DNA of 64,000 nt from an uncultured Thermoplasmatales archaeon (GCA_964396185.1 CAYNEI010000005.1:19842-83841), one strand, 5' to 3'; counted from the first letter of the stretch, positions 9,267 to 18,405 are shown. Numbers and translations are program-made. Notes: generated by a model from the sequence alone, not told the origin.

Positions 9267-10387
9267 TCGAGGCGGCCTCCCTCGAGCCTAGGAACCCTGC
9301 CCGACGTATCGAGCACTTCGAGGATGCGGCGGTTGACCTCCACTCGCCGTCGCCGCTGGGCCTTCGCGCGCACGCGGCCCCGGGTCAGGGTGACGTAGGC
9401 TGCTGCGAGCTCAGCAGCTAGGAAGCCAGCCACCGTGGCGAAACCGATCACCGCGATGCGGTACGGCGTCTCCACCGGCCAGCCCATGGCCCCGAAGAGC
9501 GCGGAGACGAGCGGTTCGAACGGGAAGAGCACGATGCCTGCAAGCAGCGTTACCAGAAAAGCGCGTCGCAACGTCGTGAACTCCCCTTCCAGCTCGGCCT
9601 CCACCACGTGCCAGGGGTCGCCCTGGAAGGCGTGGAAGGCCACGAAGAGGCCCGTGCCCGCAGCCAGGCCGAGGCTCAGGATCTGGAGCACGATCCACCC
9701 TCCACCGTACGTGGTGGAGAGCTGGATCCCCGCGAAGAACACGAGCCCAGCGCCGAAGAGGCCCAGGCCAAGGGTTCCCCACCGGGATTTGGCTTTCGCC
9801 ACCCGGAACTCCAGCACCCAGGCACCCACGCCAACCACAGCGAGCACCGGGTAGAACACAGGCGCCCCAAGCCCAGCGAGCAGGACGCCGATCATGGCTG
9901 CGATCCCGGTGATCACGATGGCGCCCGAAGCCACAGCGAGGCCAGGGGCTCGGCGGGTTCCCTGGGGCGTGCTCGCTGTCTCCTCGGCCGCTGCCACCAA
10001 GCCAGTGATCTCTCCCTCCTGAACGTTCTTGGCTTGGAGGGCCACGCGCACGAGGTCCGCGTACTGCGCCGTCCATCTCCCGTGGTCGACGAACGCCTCG
10101 ACGGCGTGGTGGACGCGCTTGTACGCATCATCGACCAAGGGTTCGGCCCGTTGCTCATGGGGCGCGAGGTCCTGTGTGATCGGGTCCGAGGTCCCAGCGA
10201 TCAGGCGGCCGATGTCCACCAGGAGAGCGAAGAGCAGGATGCCGAGGCCGAACCGCGCTGCCACCAAGGCGCCTGCTTCGAGATCGCCCTGGACGGCGAG
10301 GTACATGAGCAGGGCCACTGCAGCCCCGAGCAGGCGCAGCAGGAGCCCCGAGAGTGGGGGGGTCTCAACCCGGTCGAGGACCGCCAT
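9263..10387 (-). CDS. hypothetical membrane protein of the MoxR operon
   Basis: 374 aa with about 8 TM helices. ATGA overlap with the MoxR start. Its start overlaps the upstream giant gene by 23 nt. Confidence 0.55.
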   Translation of the reverse strand: MAVLDRVETPPLSGLLLRLLGAAVALLMYLAVQGDLEAGALVAARFGLGILLFALLVDIGRLIAGTSDPITQDLAPHEQRAEPLVDDAYKRVHHAVEAFVDHGRWTAQYADLVRVALQAKNVQEGEITGLVAAAEETASTPQGTRRAPGLAVASGAIVITGIAAMIGVLLAGLGAPVFYPVLAVVGVGAWVLEFRVAKAKSRWGTLGLGLFGAGLVFFAGIQLSTTYGGGWIVLQILSLGLAAGTGLFVAFHAFQGDPWHVVEAELEGEFTTLRRAFLVTLLAGIVLFPFEPLVSALFGAMGWPVETPYRIAVIGFATVAGFLAAELAAAYVTLTRGRVRAKAQRRRRVEVNRRILEVLDTSGRVPRLEGGRLE

Positions 10388-13300
10388 GGGGTCGACACGC
10401 CTCCTTGGCCTTCATGAACTTGACGTAGTGGCTTCGATTCACGGGCCGCTGACTGTAGTCGCAGACCTCGAAGAGCTGGGCGAGCCGGGTCGCGGGTCGG
10501 CTGCCGCCCAGGGCACGGGCGAGCTCGTGGGGTGTCGCATCCGGCCCACAGAGGCCCTGCTTGGTCGAGGTCTCGAGCAGATCCCGGTACTCTCGGTCGA
10601 TCTCCTCGCGGTAGTCCACGAGCCGGAGCTCCAGGCTCGCCCGAGCGGGTCGTCGATCCCCATCCCCGTCGAAGCGGGCCTCGTACGTGACCGATCCCTC
10701 CAGGGCGGGGATCGCAAGCGTGGCCTTGCCTGCTTCGTCAAGGTGGACCGTGGCGGTCCCGTGGGGACCGGTGACCGTGACGTCACGGCCAGGGAGCGGT
10801 CGGCCGTGTTCGTCGTGGAGCTCTATGTGGAGCTTGGTGGGGGCTCCTGAGTGCCAGACGGGTGGTAAGGTGTGGCCTTGCGGACCGATGGCCAACGAGA
10901 TCGCGGGGCCAGGCGGTGCCGGCCGATCCTGGCGCTCGCGGCGAGCCCACAGGACCCCGCCAGCGGCCAGAGCGAGAGCCAGGAGCACGCCGAGCGTCCA
11001 CCACGGGAACGGTGCGGGCGTTAGCTGAGCGCTTGCGATCTCCGTGACGTCCCCCGTCGTCTCGGTCGCCAGGGCGCGCACACGGAGCTCGACGAGGCCC
11101 TCGGCCGAACCAGGCCGTTCGATCGTCACCAAGGCCGAGCCATCGGCGGCCGTGCGAGCGTGCTCCGTGGCCGTGAACGCGCCGTCGGCCTCGATGGAGA
11201 GCGGGATGCCCGACAGGGCACCCCCTGAGAGCCCAGTGGCCTGGATCGCCAGGCGCACAGGTGCCCCATCGGTCCCAGGCTCCAGGACCTGGACCTCCAG
11301 CGAGGGCCGGTCGCGTACCTGGAGAGGATGGCTCTCCAGCAGGTTGTAGCCCGGCAGGTCGAGTTCGATGTCGTGCTCGCCCGGCTCCAGGCTCTCAGGG
11401 AGCGTGAGCGTGGTCTGGGCTCCTCCCTCTTTGTCCGTGACAGCGCTGGCCGTGAACCCAGGCCCGCGCAGGGTGACGGGTTGGTTGGCGAGAGGTTGGT
11501 CCCCGACGGCCAGGGTGACGTTGAGCTCGCTCGTGCGTCCAGCTGTGGCCACAAGCGGGGAGCCAATGGTCAGGTGACCCGTCTCGATGGGGACGGTTCG
11601 GGTGTCTCGTGTGACCAGGGAGTTGCCAGGCGTCGAGAGCCTTAGCTCCCAGCTCCCCTCCTGCGTGAGGGGGATGCCGAGCTCCACTCTCCCCTGTTCG
11701 TCGGTGATGCCCTGGGATCGCTCGCCGCTCGGCGTCGTCGCGACCACCTGCAACCCCGCTAGAGACCCTCCCTGCTCGGTCGTGGCGTGGACCTCCAGAG
11801 GCAGGGTCCCCCCAAGGGGGGCAGGATCAAGCGGTGGGGTCTCGAGGATCGTCTGGGCGGTGACGGTCAAGACAACGTTGTGCTGCGCGCCGATCTCGTC
11901 CGTGCGAAGCTCCAGGGTGTAGTTGCCGACCTCAAGCGTACCCGGGACCTCGAAGGTCAAACGGAAGGTCCCGTCCTCGGCCGTGCGCGCCGATGACGTG
12001 CCGCCCTCGTACGCGCTGGCCACGGTCATCTTCGAGGCAGGCTTCCCATCGACGATGACGGTACCCTCGATGGCGGCTTGCGTGCCCCTGGCCACTACGA
12101 GGGTTGGGTGAGCCTCGATGCGGGCTTCGACCGCCTCGATGTGGTCGGTGGCCCGGGCGGATGCGATGTGGTCGGTTCCGTCGAACCAGGCGTCCACGGT
12201 CCAGTTCCCTGGGAAGGGAAGCCCGTCGTTGAGCACCGCGAAGGCTTGGCCGGTGTCGTCGGTGGTTTCGGCGAACCGGTGGGGCGTCCCTTGGATGTGC
12301 AGGTGGACGGTCTGGCCCGGGATCGGGGCCCCGTGTTCGTCCACCAGACGGGCCTGGAGGGCCAGGGGGACCCGGATGCCTGCGACCTCGGGGAGATCCA
12401 GTTCGAGACGCGCGTCGCTGCGCACCCCTACGATCGGGTCGCTCCACGCTTCGCGCAGGGGAGGGTCGCCGTCCGGGACGGGGTGGGCGCGGGCGACGAT
12501 GTGGTAGGGCTGGGTGGGCCGGTGCGTCTCGATCCTCGCTGTCGCGTCGAAGCGACCATCGGGACCGGTCTCGACGTTCCCTAGGTTGATCTCGAACCCG
12601 GGGCGTTGCTTCGTGCGGTTGGCGAAGAGGGTGATCGGGTGACCCTGGCTGGGCTCACCATCCGGCAGGTGCACCGTTCCCCGGACTTGGAAGGGGCGAC
12701 CTTTCTCGATGGCATCGGGGACGTGGGTCACGTTGATCACCGGCTTGGCGGTCCTGGAGCTCGCACGGTCCACGCCCTGGCCACCGGCTCGCGTCCCATC
12801 CGCGAGCAGATCACCGAGGGCGTCAGGATCGATGGACCCGTTGGCCGCGCCTCGCACGAGCGTGTTCACCGGGAGCTCCAATTCCTGCGGGGTGATGGAC
12901 GCATCCTCGATGGGGATCGCGCCTGGGAAGACGATCGTGCTGCCAGCGCCCAGCGGGACCTGGGTGGGGGCGTGCATGGTGATCGGAGCCAGGGTCACTT
13001 GGCCACCGGCAGGGACCTCGGCGGTGGTCCCGGCGGGGACGGGGCCCATGGGCAGGTCCACTTGGTCGTCCTGGCCCAACAGCACCCGGGTCTCGGACGG
13101 TGCAGCCAGTTGCTGCTCGCCGCTCTCGATCAGACAGCCCCCGTCGCAGACGAGCTCTCCCGGCCGATGCGTCCCCTCTGTTAGGAACGTGAGGGTTGCG
13201 TCCTGGAGGAGTGGGATCGGTGAGACCCGGATCGTGTCCCCCGTCTCGAGGTCGACCCTCCCGGGTCCATCGAGCAGGAGGGTGTTGCCCTGGCTGCGAT

Positions 13301-13517
13301 GGTCGCTCAACGCGCCTATGGCCGGATCGAGAAGCGTGAACTCTCGGATGGGTAGCCCTGGAGCCCCACTGTCCGGAGGCGTGAGCTCGATCCGCGGCTC
13401 GCGCCGGGTGGCATCCACGACCTCCTCCCGCACTTCGGTGATCAGCGCCGTCGAGACCCCCAGCATGCCTGATAAGAGCAGGAAAGCTGCTGTAAGCTCG
13501 AGGACACGCCGGGCCAC
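10365..13517 (-). CDS. large cell-surface protein with tandem Ig-like/carboxypeptidase-regulatory-like domains, one TM helix and a cytoplasmic DUF4129-like tail
   Basis: 1050 aa. N-terminal signal peptide. Repeated roughly 90-aa beta-sandwich modules. TM segment WWTLGVLLALALAAGGVLWA followed by LVDYREEIDREYRDLLETS...LFEVCDYSQRPV, which resembles the DUF4129 module of MoxR/DUF58/transglutaminase operons. Confidence 0.75.
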   Translation of the reverse strand: MARRVLELTAAFLLLSGMLGVSTALITEVREEVVDATRREPRIELTPPDSGAPGLPIREFTLLDPAIGALSDHRSQGNTLLLDGPGRVDLETGDTIRVSPIPLLQDATLTFLTEGTHRPGELVCDGGCLIESGEQQLAAPSETRVLLGQDDQVDLPMGPVPAGTTAEVPAGGQVTLAPITMHAPTQVPLGAGSTIVFPGAIPIEDASITPQELELPVNTLVRGAANGSIDPDALGDLLADGTRAGGQGVDRASSRTAKPVINVTHVPDAIEKGRPFQVRGTVHLPDGEPSQGHPITLFANRTKQRPGFEINLGNVETGPDGRFDATARIETHRPTQPYHIVARAHPVPDGDPPLREAWSDPIVGVRSDARLELDLPEVAGIRVPLALQARLVDEHGAPIPGQTVHLHIQGTPHRFAETTDDTGQAFAVLNDGLPFPGNWTVDAWFDGTDHIASARATDHIEAVEARIEAHPTLVVARGTQAAIEGTVIVDGKPASKMTVASAYEGGTSSARTAEDGTFRLTFEVPGTLEVGNYTLELRTDEIGAQHNVVLTVTAQTILETPPLDPAPLGGTLPLEVHATTEQGGSLAGLQVVATTPSGERSQGITDEQGRVELGIPLTQEGSWELRLSTPGNSLVTRDTRTVPIETGHLTIGSPLVATAGRTSELNVTLAVGDQPLANQPVTLRGPGFTASAVTDKEGGAQTTLTLPESLEPGEHDIELDLPGYNLLESHPLQVRDRPSLEVQVLEPGTDGAPVRLAIQATGLSGGALSGIPLSIEADGAFTATEHARTAADGSALVTIERPGSAEGLVELRVRALATETTGDVTEIASAQLTPAPFPWWTLGVLLALALAAGGVLWARRERQDRPAPPGPAISLAIGPQGHTLPPVWHSGAPTKLHIELHDEHGRPLPGRDVTVTGPHGTATVHLDEAGKATLAIPALEGSVTYEARFDGDGDRRPARASLELRLVDYREEIDREYRDLLETSTKQGLCGPDATPHELARALGGSRPATRLAQLFEVCDYSQRPVNRSHYVKFMKAKEACRPHGGPRPG

Positions 13518-13600
13518 GACCCCAAGTTCCCGTGGGGGAGCATAAAGCTTGACCTACAGGGTGAGCCCAGGGGCGTCCGCCGTGCGCAGAGGCGACAAGG

Positions 13601-13607
13601 ATTTACA
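13601..13607 (+). promoter_or_regulatory. TATA-like box about 30 nt upstream of tRNA-Leu
   Basis: ATTTACA at the expected archaeal distance from the tRNA 5' end. Confidence 0.3.
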
Positions 13608-13636
13608 CGTTAGCTGCGGTGCCGGCCACCCCAGAC

Positions 13637-13721
13637 GCGGAGGTAGCATAGTCTGGCCAACTGCGGCGGACTCAAGATCCGCTCCCGTAGGGGTTCGCAG
13701 GTTCGAATCCTGCCCTCCGCA
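13637..13721 (+). tRNA. tRNA-Leu (anticodon CAA), class II with long variable arm
   Basis: Cloverleaf folded by hand. Acceptor GCGGAGG/CCTCCGC. Anticodon stem GCGGA/TCCGC with loop CTCAAGA. Variable arm with a CCC/GGG stem. T-arm GCAGG-TTCGAAT-CCTGC. CCA is not encoded. Confidence 0.8.
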
Positions 13722-13765
13722 CTCAGCTTTCTCCCCCATAGCGCAAGCTGAGTGCGGAGGGCAGG
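13709..13765. repeat. perfect 19-bp inverted repeat; arm 1 is the 3' end of tRNA-Leu
   Basis: cctgccctccgcactcagc (13709-13727) and gctgagtgcggagggcagg (13747-13765), separated by a 19-nt loop. Confidence 0.7.
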
Positions 13766-13880
13766 TTCGCCCGAGGCCTGGCGGCCTCGGGCTCGCTCGG
13801 CATCCTCCGGAGGCCTCACAGCAGCACGAGCCGTCGCGCCCGCGCCACGGTGGGATCTGGCGCGACCGTTCGTGCAGATC

Positions 13881-13928
13881 TGGAGGTTGGGCGCCCTTCG
13901 CCACGTTGGGGGTCGGGCGCCCAACCTC
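13881..13928. promoter_or_regulatory. 15-bp perfect inverted repeat upstream of trkA
   Basis: ggaggttgggcgccc ... gggcgcccaacctcc with an 18-nt spacer, about 55 nt upstream of the proposed trkA start. Confidence 0.35.
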
Positions 13929-13981
13929 CACTACAACACCGTACCAATCCATTCAAACCACACCTCCGCATTGCACGCCTC

Positions 13982-15340
13982 GTGCACATCGTCATCGGGG
14001 GGGCTGGCGAGGTCGGCCGCAAGATCGCGGAGTTCTTGCGCAACGATGGCCACGACATCGTGTTGCTGGACAAGGAGCCGGAGGCGTGTGACCGCGCCAG
14101 CAACCAGCTTGATTGCTTGGTCGTGGAGGGGCACGCGGCCTCGTCTGCGGATCTCAAGCGCGCTGGCATCGGCAAGGCCGACGTCTTCTACGCGGTGACA
14201 AGCCAGGACGAGGTCAACCTGACCGCTGCCGCCATCGCGAAGAGCCATGGTGCCAAGCGGGTGTTCGCTCGGGTAAACTCCTTGGATCTGATGAGTACGG
14301 CGGAGTCCAAGGAGTTCCGGCCCATCGGCGTGGATATCGCTGTGTCGCCGGACCTCGTGGCCGCTGCGAAGATCGTGCGCCTGATCGAGCTCCCTGGGTT
14401 CCTCGAGATCGATGCTTTCGAGGCCAGCGGGTTGCGCGTCGTGGAGGCGCGTGTCGACCCAGGCAGCTCAGCGGCTGGCCGGCGAGTGAGCGAGCTTGAC
14501 TTGCCTAAGGCAGCCAACCTGGTGGCGCTTTTCCGAGGCGCGGAGGTCATCATCCCCCGCGGAGACAGCGTCATCCACCACGGCGACCACGTCATCCTCG
14601 TCGCTGGGGAAGAGGGGGTCATGGACGGGCTCCGTCGTGTCTTCGGCATCGCGGCAGCCGTACGTGAGGAACGAGGGCCACCGGAGAACATCGTCATCGC
14701 TGGGCGCTCCGGGATCGCCAAGCACGTCGCCCGCATGCTCCAGCGCGACGGTCGCAGGGTCACGCTGATCGCTCAGGCGGGTCACCACGAGGAGATCGAG
14801 CAACTGGCCGCCGACATGGAGGGCATCCTGGTGCTTGAGGGCTCCTCGAGGGACGTGCGCGTGTTCCGCGAGGAGGGCTTGGACGAGGCTGACGTCGTCA
14901 TCGCCGCCAGCCCCCACGAGGAGTTCAACTTGATCACGGCCCTGCTCGCCCGTTCCATGGGCGTGCCCCGCGTGGCCGCCCTGGTGAACCAACCGGAGCT
15001 CGAGGATCTGGCTGAACGGTTGGGGATCGATGTCGCCGTCTCACCGCGCATGGCCGCCGTGAGCACGCTGCTCAAGTACGCCTCCGGCCTGGATCCAGAG
15101 GAGCTCACCTTCCTCCACCACGGGGAAGCCCAGGTTCTCGTCGTCGAGGCCGAGGAAGGCAACAAGATCACTGGGATGATGCTTCGAGATGCGAAGATGC
15201 CTCAAGGGTCGGTCGTGGGCGCCCTCATCCGAGAGGGCGAGGCGATCGTCCCGCGGGGCGATGAACGGATCCGGGACGGGGACAGCCTCGTGGTGTTCGC
15301 GACAGCCAAGGCGGTTCCCGACCTCTCCGAGTTGTTCTGA
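13982..15340 (+). CDS. trkA: Trk potassium uptake system NAD-binding protein TrkA (two RCK-N/RCK-C repeats)
   Basis: HIVIGGAGEVGRKIAEFL Rossmann motif, with a second one at NIVIAGRSGIAKHVARML. The start is placed at GTG 13982 (VHIVIGGAG). The track ORF starting at 13850 has an implausible Pro/Arg-rich leader. Confidence 0.8.
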   Translation: MHIVIGGAGEVGRKIAEFLRNDGHDIVLLDKEPEACDRASNQLDCLVVEGHAASSADLKRAGIGKADVFYAVTSQDEVNLTAAAIAKSHGAKRVFARVNSLDLMSTAESKEFRPIGVDIAVSPDLVAAAKIVRLIELPGFLEIDAFEASGLRVVEARVDPGSSAAGRRVSELDLPKAANLVALFRGAEVIIPRGDSVIHHGDHVILVAGEEGVMDGLRRVFGIAAAVREERGPPENIVIAGRSGIAKHVARMLQRDGRRVTLIAQAGHHEEIEQLAADMEGILVLEGSSRDVRVFREEGLDEADVVIAASPHEEFNLITALLARSMGVPRVAALVNQPELEDLAERLGIDVAVSPRMAAVSTLLKYASGLDPEELTFLHHGEAQVLVVEAEEGNKITGMMLRDAKMPQGSVVGALIREGEAIVPRGDERIRDGDSLVVFATAKAVPDLSELF

Positions 15341-15346
15341 GGGCCT

Positions 15347-16879
15347 ATGAACTGGCGCATCATCATCGGGAACCTCGGCACGATCCTGCGGCTCTTCTCG
15401 CTCACGCTGCTCGTGCCCTTGCTCCTGGGCCTCGTGCTCGAGCCCCGAACCACGGCTACGCCTGTGGGCGTCAACGTCGCCGGAACGACGAGTGCCTTCG
15501 CCTACACGTTCCTCGCCACGCTCGTGATCGGCTTCCTGCTGGAACGCATCGGCCTCTCAGCGGACTTCCGGGACCGGGAAGCCTACGTTCTCGTGGGCGT
15601 CGGCTGGATGGCCTGCACCTTCGTGGCAGCCACACCCTACATGCTCACCGGCGTGCTCACGAACCCGGCCGATGCCTTCTTCGAGGCCATGAGCGGGCTC
15701 ACCACCACCGGTGCCACGGTCATCGATGTCCCACTCGAGGGTCTCCCCGCGGGCGTGCACGTCTGGCGGGCACTGACCCAGTGGCTAGGTGGGATGGGCA
15801 TCGTGGTGCTGACCGTCGCCGTGGTCTCACGCCTAGCCTCGGCTGGCGCCCGGCTCATGCAAGCCGAGTTACCCGGCGGCAAAGTGGACCGCGTGCGACC
15901 CGGCATCATCCAAACCGCTCGCTCCCTCTGGAGGGTCTATGCGCGGCTCTCACTGGCGCTCTTCGTGATCCTCTTCGCCCTCATCTACAAGCAGTTCGGG
16001 AGCTTCCAGGTCGCAGGCTTAGACGCCATCGTGCACACCTTCACGACCATGTCCACCGGCGGGTTCTCCACACGCTCTCTGAGCATCGAGGCCTTCCAGA
16101 ACCCGTGGATCGAGTGGACCATCATCGTCTTCATGGTCCTGGCCGGGACCAATTTCGCGCTGAGCTACCGCGCGCTCATGGGGCGGCCGTCCAGTCTCTT
16201 CGGTGACGACGAGTTCCGCTTCTTCCTGACGATCCTCGGCGGGGGAGCCGTGCTCGTCACGAGCATCCTGCTCCTGGGCAACAGCTCCTCTGGGTTCTGG
16301 GGGGAACACGGAGGCCGCAGCTTCTGGACCTCGCTCCGGTTGGCCGCCTTCCAGACCGTCAGTCTCGTCACCACCACCGGGTACTCCACGGCCAACTTCG
16401 ACGCCTTCCCCGAGGTCGCCCGCTTCCTGGCGATCTTCGCCATGTTCATCGGCGGCTCCACCGGGTCGACGGGCGGCTCGATCAAGGTCGCCCGTATCCT
16501 CATCCTCTTCCGCATGCTCAAGGCAGAGCTGCGTCGCATCGCGCACCCGCGAGCCGTCATCCCCATCCGGATCGGCCGCGAGGTCGTTGGAGCGCTCACG
16601 CTGCAGCGCGTCACCGTCTTCATCTTCGCCTACCTGACGCTTTTCATCGCGGGCACCATCGCCTTCCTGGCCCTCGAGCCGGTCTCCGTGCTGGACGGCG
16701 CATCCGCCGTGGCCGCCTGCATCGGCAACATCGGGCCAGCCCTGGGTGCCTTCGGTCCTCACGTCGGCTATGCTAGCGTGGGTGAGCCGGGCACGGTCCT
16801 GCTCGCGCTGCTCATGTGGGTGGGTCGTCTCGAGCTCTTCGCGGTGCTCGTGCTCTTCTCGCCTGAGACGTACCGATGA
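15347..16879 (+). CDS. trkH: Trk potassium transporter membrane subunit TrkH
   Basis: 510 aa polytopic protein with TrkH-type pore repeats. Lies immediately downstream of trkA. Confidence 0.9.
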   Translation: MNWRIIIGNLGTILRLFSLTLLVPLLLGLVLEPRTTATPVGVNVAGTTSAFAYTFLATLVIGFLLERIGLSADFRDREAYVLVGVGWMACTFVAATPYMLTGVLTNPADAFFEAMSGLTTTGATVIDVPLEGLPAGVHVWRALTQWLGGMGIVVLTVAVVSRLASAGARLMQAELPGGKVDRVRPGIIQTARSLWRVYARLSLALFVILFALIYKQFGSFQVAGLDAIVHTFTTMSTGGFSTRSLSIEAFQNPWIEWTIIVFMVLAGTNFALSYRALMGRPSSLFGDDEFRFFLTILGGGAVLVTSILLLGNSSSGFWGEHGGRSFWTSLRLAAFQTVSLVTTTGYSTANFDAFPEVARFLAIFAMFIGGSTGSTGGSIKVARILILFRMLKAELRRIAHPRAVIPIRIGREVVGALTLQRVTVFIFAYLTLFIAGTIAFLALEPVSVLDGASAVAACIGNIGPALGAFGPHVGYASVGEPGTVLLALLMWVGRLELFAVLVLFSPETYR

Positions 16880-17183
16880 GGGGCGCGCGCAACGGACCGG
16901 TCCCACGGGCCGCTAACGTCTGTTTGAATGGGTTAGAAAGCTTGCTACCTGCTTGTCCCCGCCAGCCTCTGTCTTGCGAGCCGCAGGCTCGCAAAGTTAC
17001 GAACGAGGGCCTGTAGGCCCCGAGTGAGAAGGATGTGGAAGGGAGCTGGCCTCACTAGGAGGGGATGGGATGCACTTACCTAAGGACACCAGCCGGGCCC
17101 TTCCACAACATCACATACACGGGACCCTCATATATTTGCTTTACGAACCGGGACCTTGGGTGAATCCGGGGCCGAGTCCAGGC

Positions 17184-17405
17184 TCAAGCATCGGTGAGGA
17201 CCATGGAAACGACGTTGTTGCCCCGGAGAACCACGGTCCCTAAGCGCCGGGCAGCGTCGTTGTGACGCTCCTCGGTCTCCTCAAGCACGATGTTCATGTA
17301 CTGATCGTAGCCCACGAACTCTCCCTCGAGGTGGCGGCCGTCCTTGAGGATCAGGCGCATCCGCTTGTCGAGGTTCTTCTCGAGGACGTCCAGAGGCAGG
17401 ACCAT
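17184..17405 (-). CDS. Sm-like archaeal protein (SmAP/LSm)
   Basis: 73 aa. The Sm1/Sm2 fold sequence GEFVGYDQYMNIVLEETEE...VVLRGNNVV is typical of archaeal Sm. Confidence 0.9.
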   Translation of the reverse strand: MVLPLDVLEKNLDKRMRLILKDGRHLEGEFVGYDQYMNIVLEETEERHNDAARRLGTVVLRGNNVVSMVLTDA

Positions 17406-17423
17406 GGCGGCGGAAGGGAGCTC

Positions 17424-17435
17424 CGATATATAAGG
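17424..17435 (-). promoter_or_regulatory. TATA box for the Sm gene
   Basis: ccttatatat on the minus strand, about 25 nt upstream of the Sm ATG (near-leaderless). Confidence 0.4.
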
Positions 17436-17473
17436 TTGGAGCGGTCCCGCTGCTGGGCTCGACCCGGAGCGGT

Positions 17474-17854
17474 TCAGCCTTGGGTGCGCGCGGCCCAGAG
17501 GTCCTCGGGGAGCTCCTCGTAGATGGAGTCCGGCTCGTCCTTTCGAGCCATGCGCTCCCGGAACTGCTCAGCGTAGCCAAGGATGCGGTCCTTGCGGAAG
17601 AGCCAGTAGTGGGTTCGCCACTCGCGGCCATCGTACAGGGTCGTCTCCTCGCGCTCGGTGGTCAGCAAGCCCCACTCCTCGAGCATGTAGAAGAGTTGTC
17701 GGTCCTCGGGCTCGAGGACGTTGTCGATGATCCGGTCGTTGAAGCCGAAGATGTCCATCACGAACTCGGCATCCCGGGAAGCCTCCGAGGGATGGAGGCC
17801 TGTCTTCTCCTCGATCGCGGATGAAAGATCTTCAACGGTGATGATGTCGACCAT
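17474..17854 (-). CDS. conserved hypothetical cytoplasmic protein
   Basis: 126 aa. Protein-like composition, clean start and stop. No recognisable motif. Confidence 0.55.
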   Translation of the reverse strand: MVDIITVEDLSSAIEEKTGLHPSEASRDAEFVMDIFGFNDRIIDNVLEPEDRQLFYMLEEWGLLTTEREETTLYDGREWRTHYWLFRKDRILGYAEQFRERMARKDEPDSIYEELPEDLWAARTQG

Positions 17855-17983
17855 GGGGCTCCCACCACATCGCGGGCCGTGCCCGCAGGGTTAATGTCCT
17901 ACCTCAGGGTCTATATAAGTTTCGTGTGTCAGCGTCACAGGGACAGGGGTTGGGCGGCCCTCAGACGGCACAGCGGCGCTGAC

Positions 17984-17992
17984 CTTTTATAG
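17984..17992 (+). promoter_or_regulatory. TATA box for rps8e
   Basis: cttttatag 25 nt upstream of the S8e ATG. Confidence 0.4.
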
Positions 17993-18015
17993 GGGTTCCG
18001 TGGTGGTCTGGAGCG

Positions 18016-18396
18016 ATGGCTCGCTGGCACGGTAAGTCCGAGAGGAAACCGAGCGGTGGTCGCCGCATCCGGCATCGCGGCAAGCGCCGCTCCGAGATGG
18101 GCAACGACACCCAACCGACGATGATCGGTGAAGAGAAGCGACAGCACGTCCGCGCCCGCGGCGGCGAGACGAAGGTCCGCGCGCTACGCACCAACATCGC
18201 CAACGTGACCGACCCCAGCACCGGCGAGACCGTGCGGGCCGAGATCAAGACCGTCTCCAAGAACGAAGCCAACGTCCACTACGTGCGGCGCAACTTCGTG
18301 ACCAAGGGCGCGATCATCGAGACCGACAAGGGCAAGGCCCGTGTCACCTCACGCCCTGGCCAGACCGGCCAGGTCAACGCTGTGCTCGTGGACTGA
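18016..18396 (+). CDS. rps8e: 30S ribosomal protein S8e
   Basis: MARWHGKSERKPSGGRRIRHRGKRR N-terminus and overall S8e pattern. 126 aa. Confidence 0.9.
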   Translation: MARWHGKSERKPSGGRRIRHRGKRRSEMGNDTQPTMIGEEKRQHVRARGGETKVRALRTNIANVTDPSTGETVRAEIKTVSKNEANVHYVRRNFVTKGAIIETDKGKARVTSRPGQTGQVNAVLVD

Positions 18397-18405
18397 TCCC
18401 CGCCC

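Noticed and set aside
16880-17183. SRP (7S) RNA near srp19, suggested by a GGAAGGGAGC helix-8-like motif
   Set aside because: No complementary 5' and 3' terminal helix and no convincing Alu- or S-domain pairing could be built by eye. Kept only as a weak ncRNA candidate.
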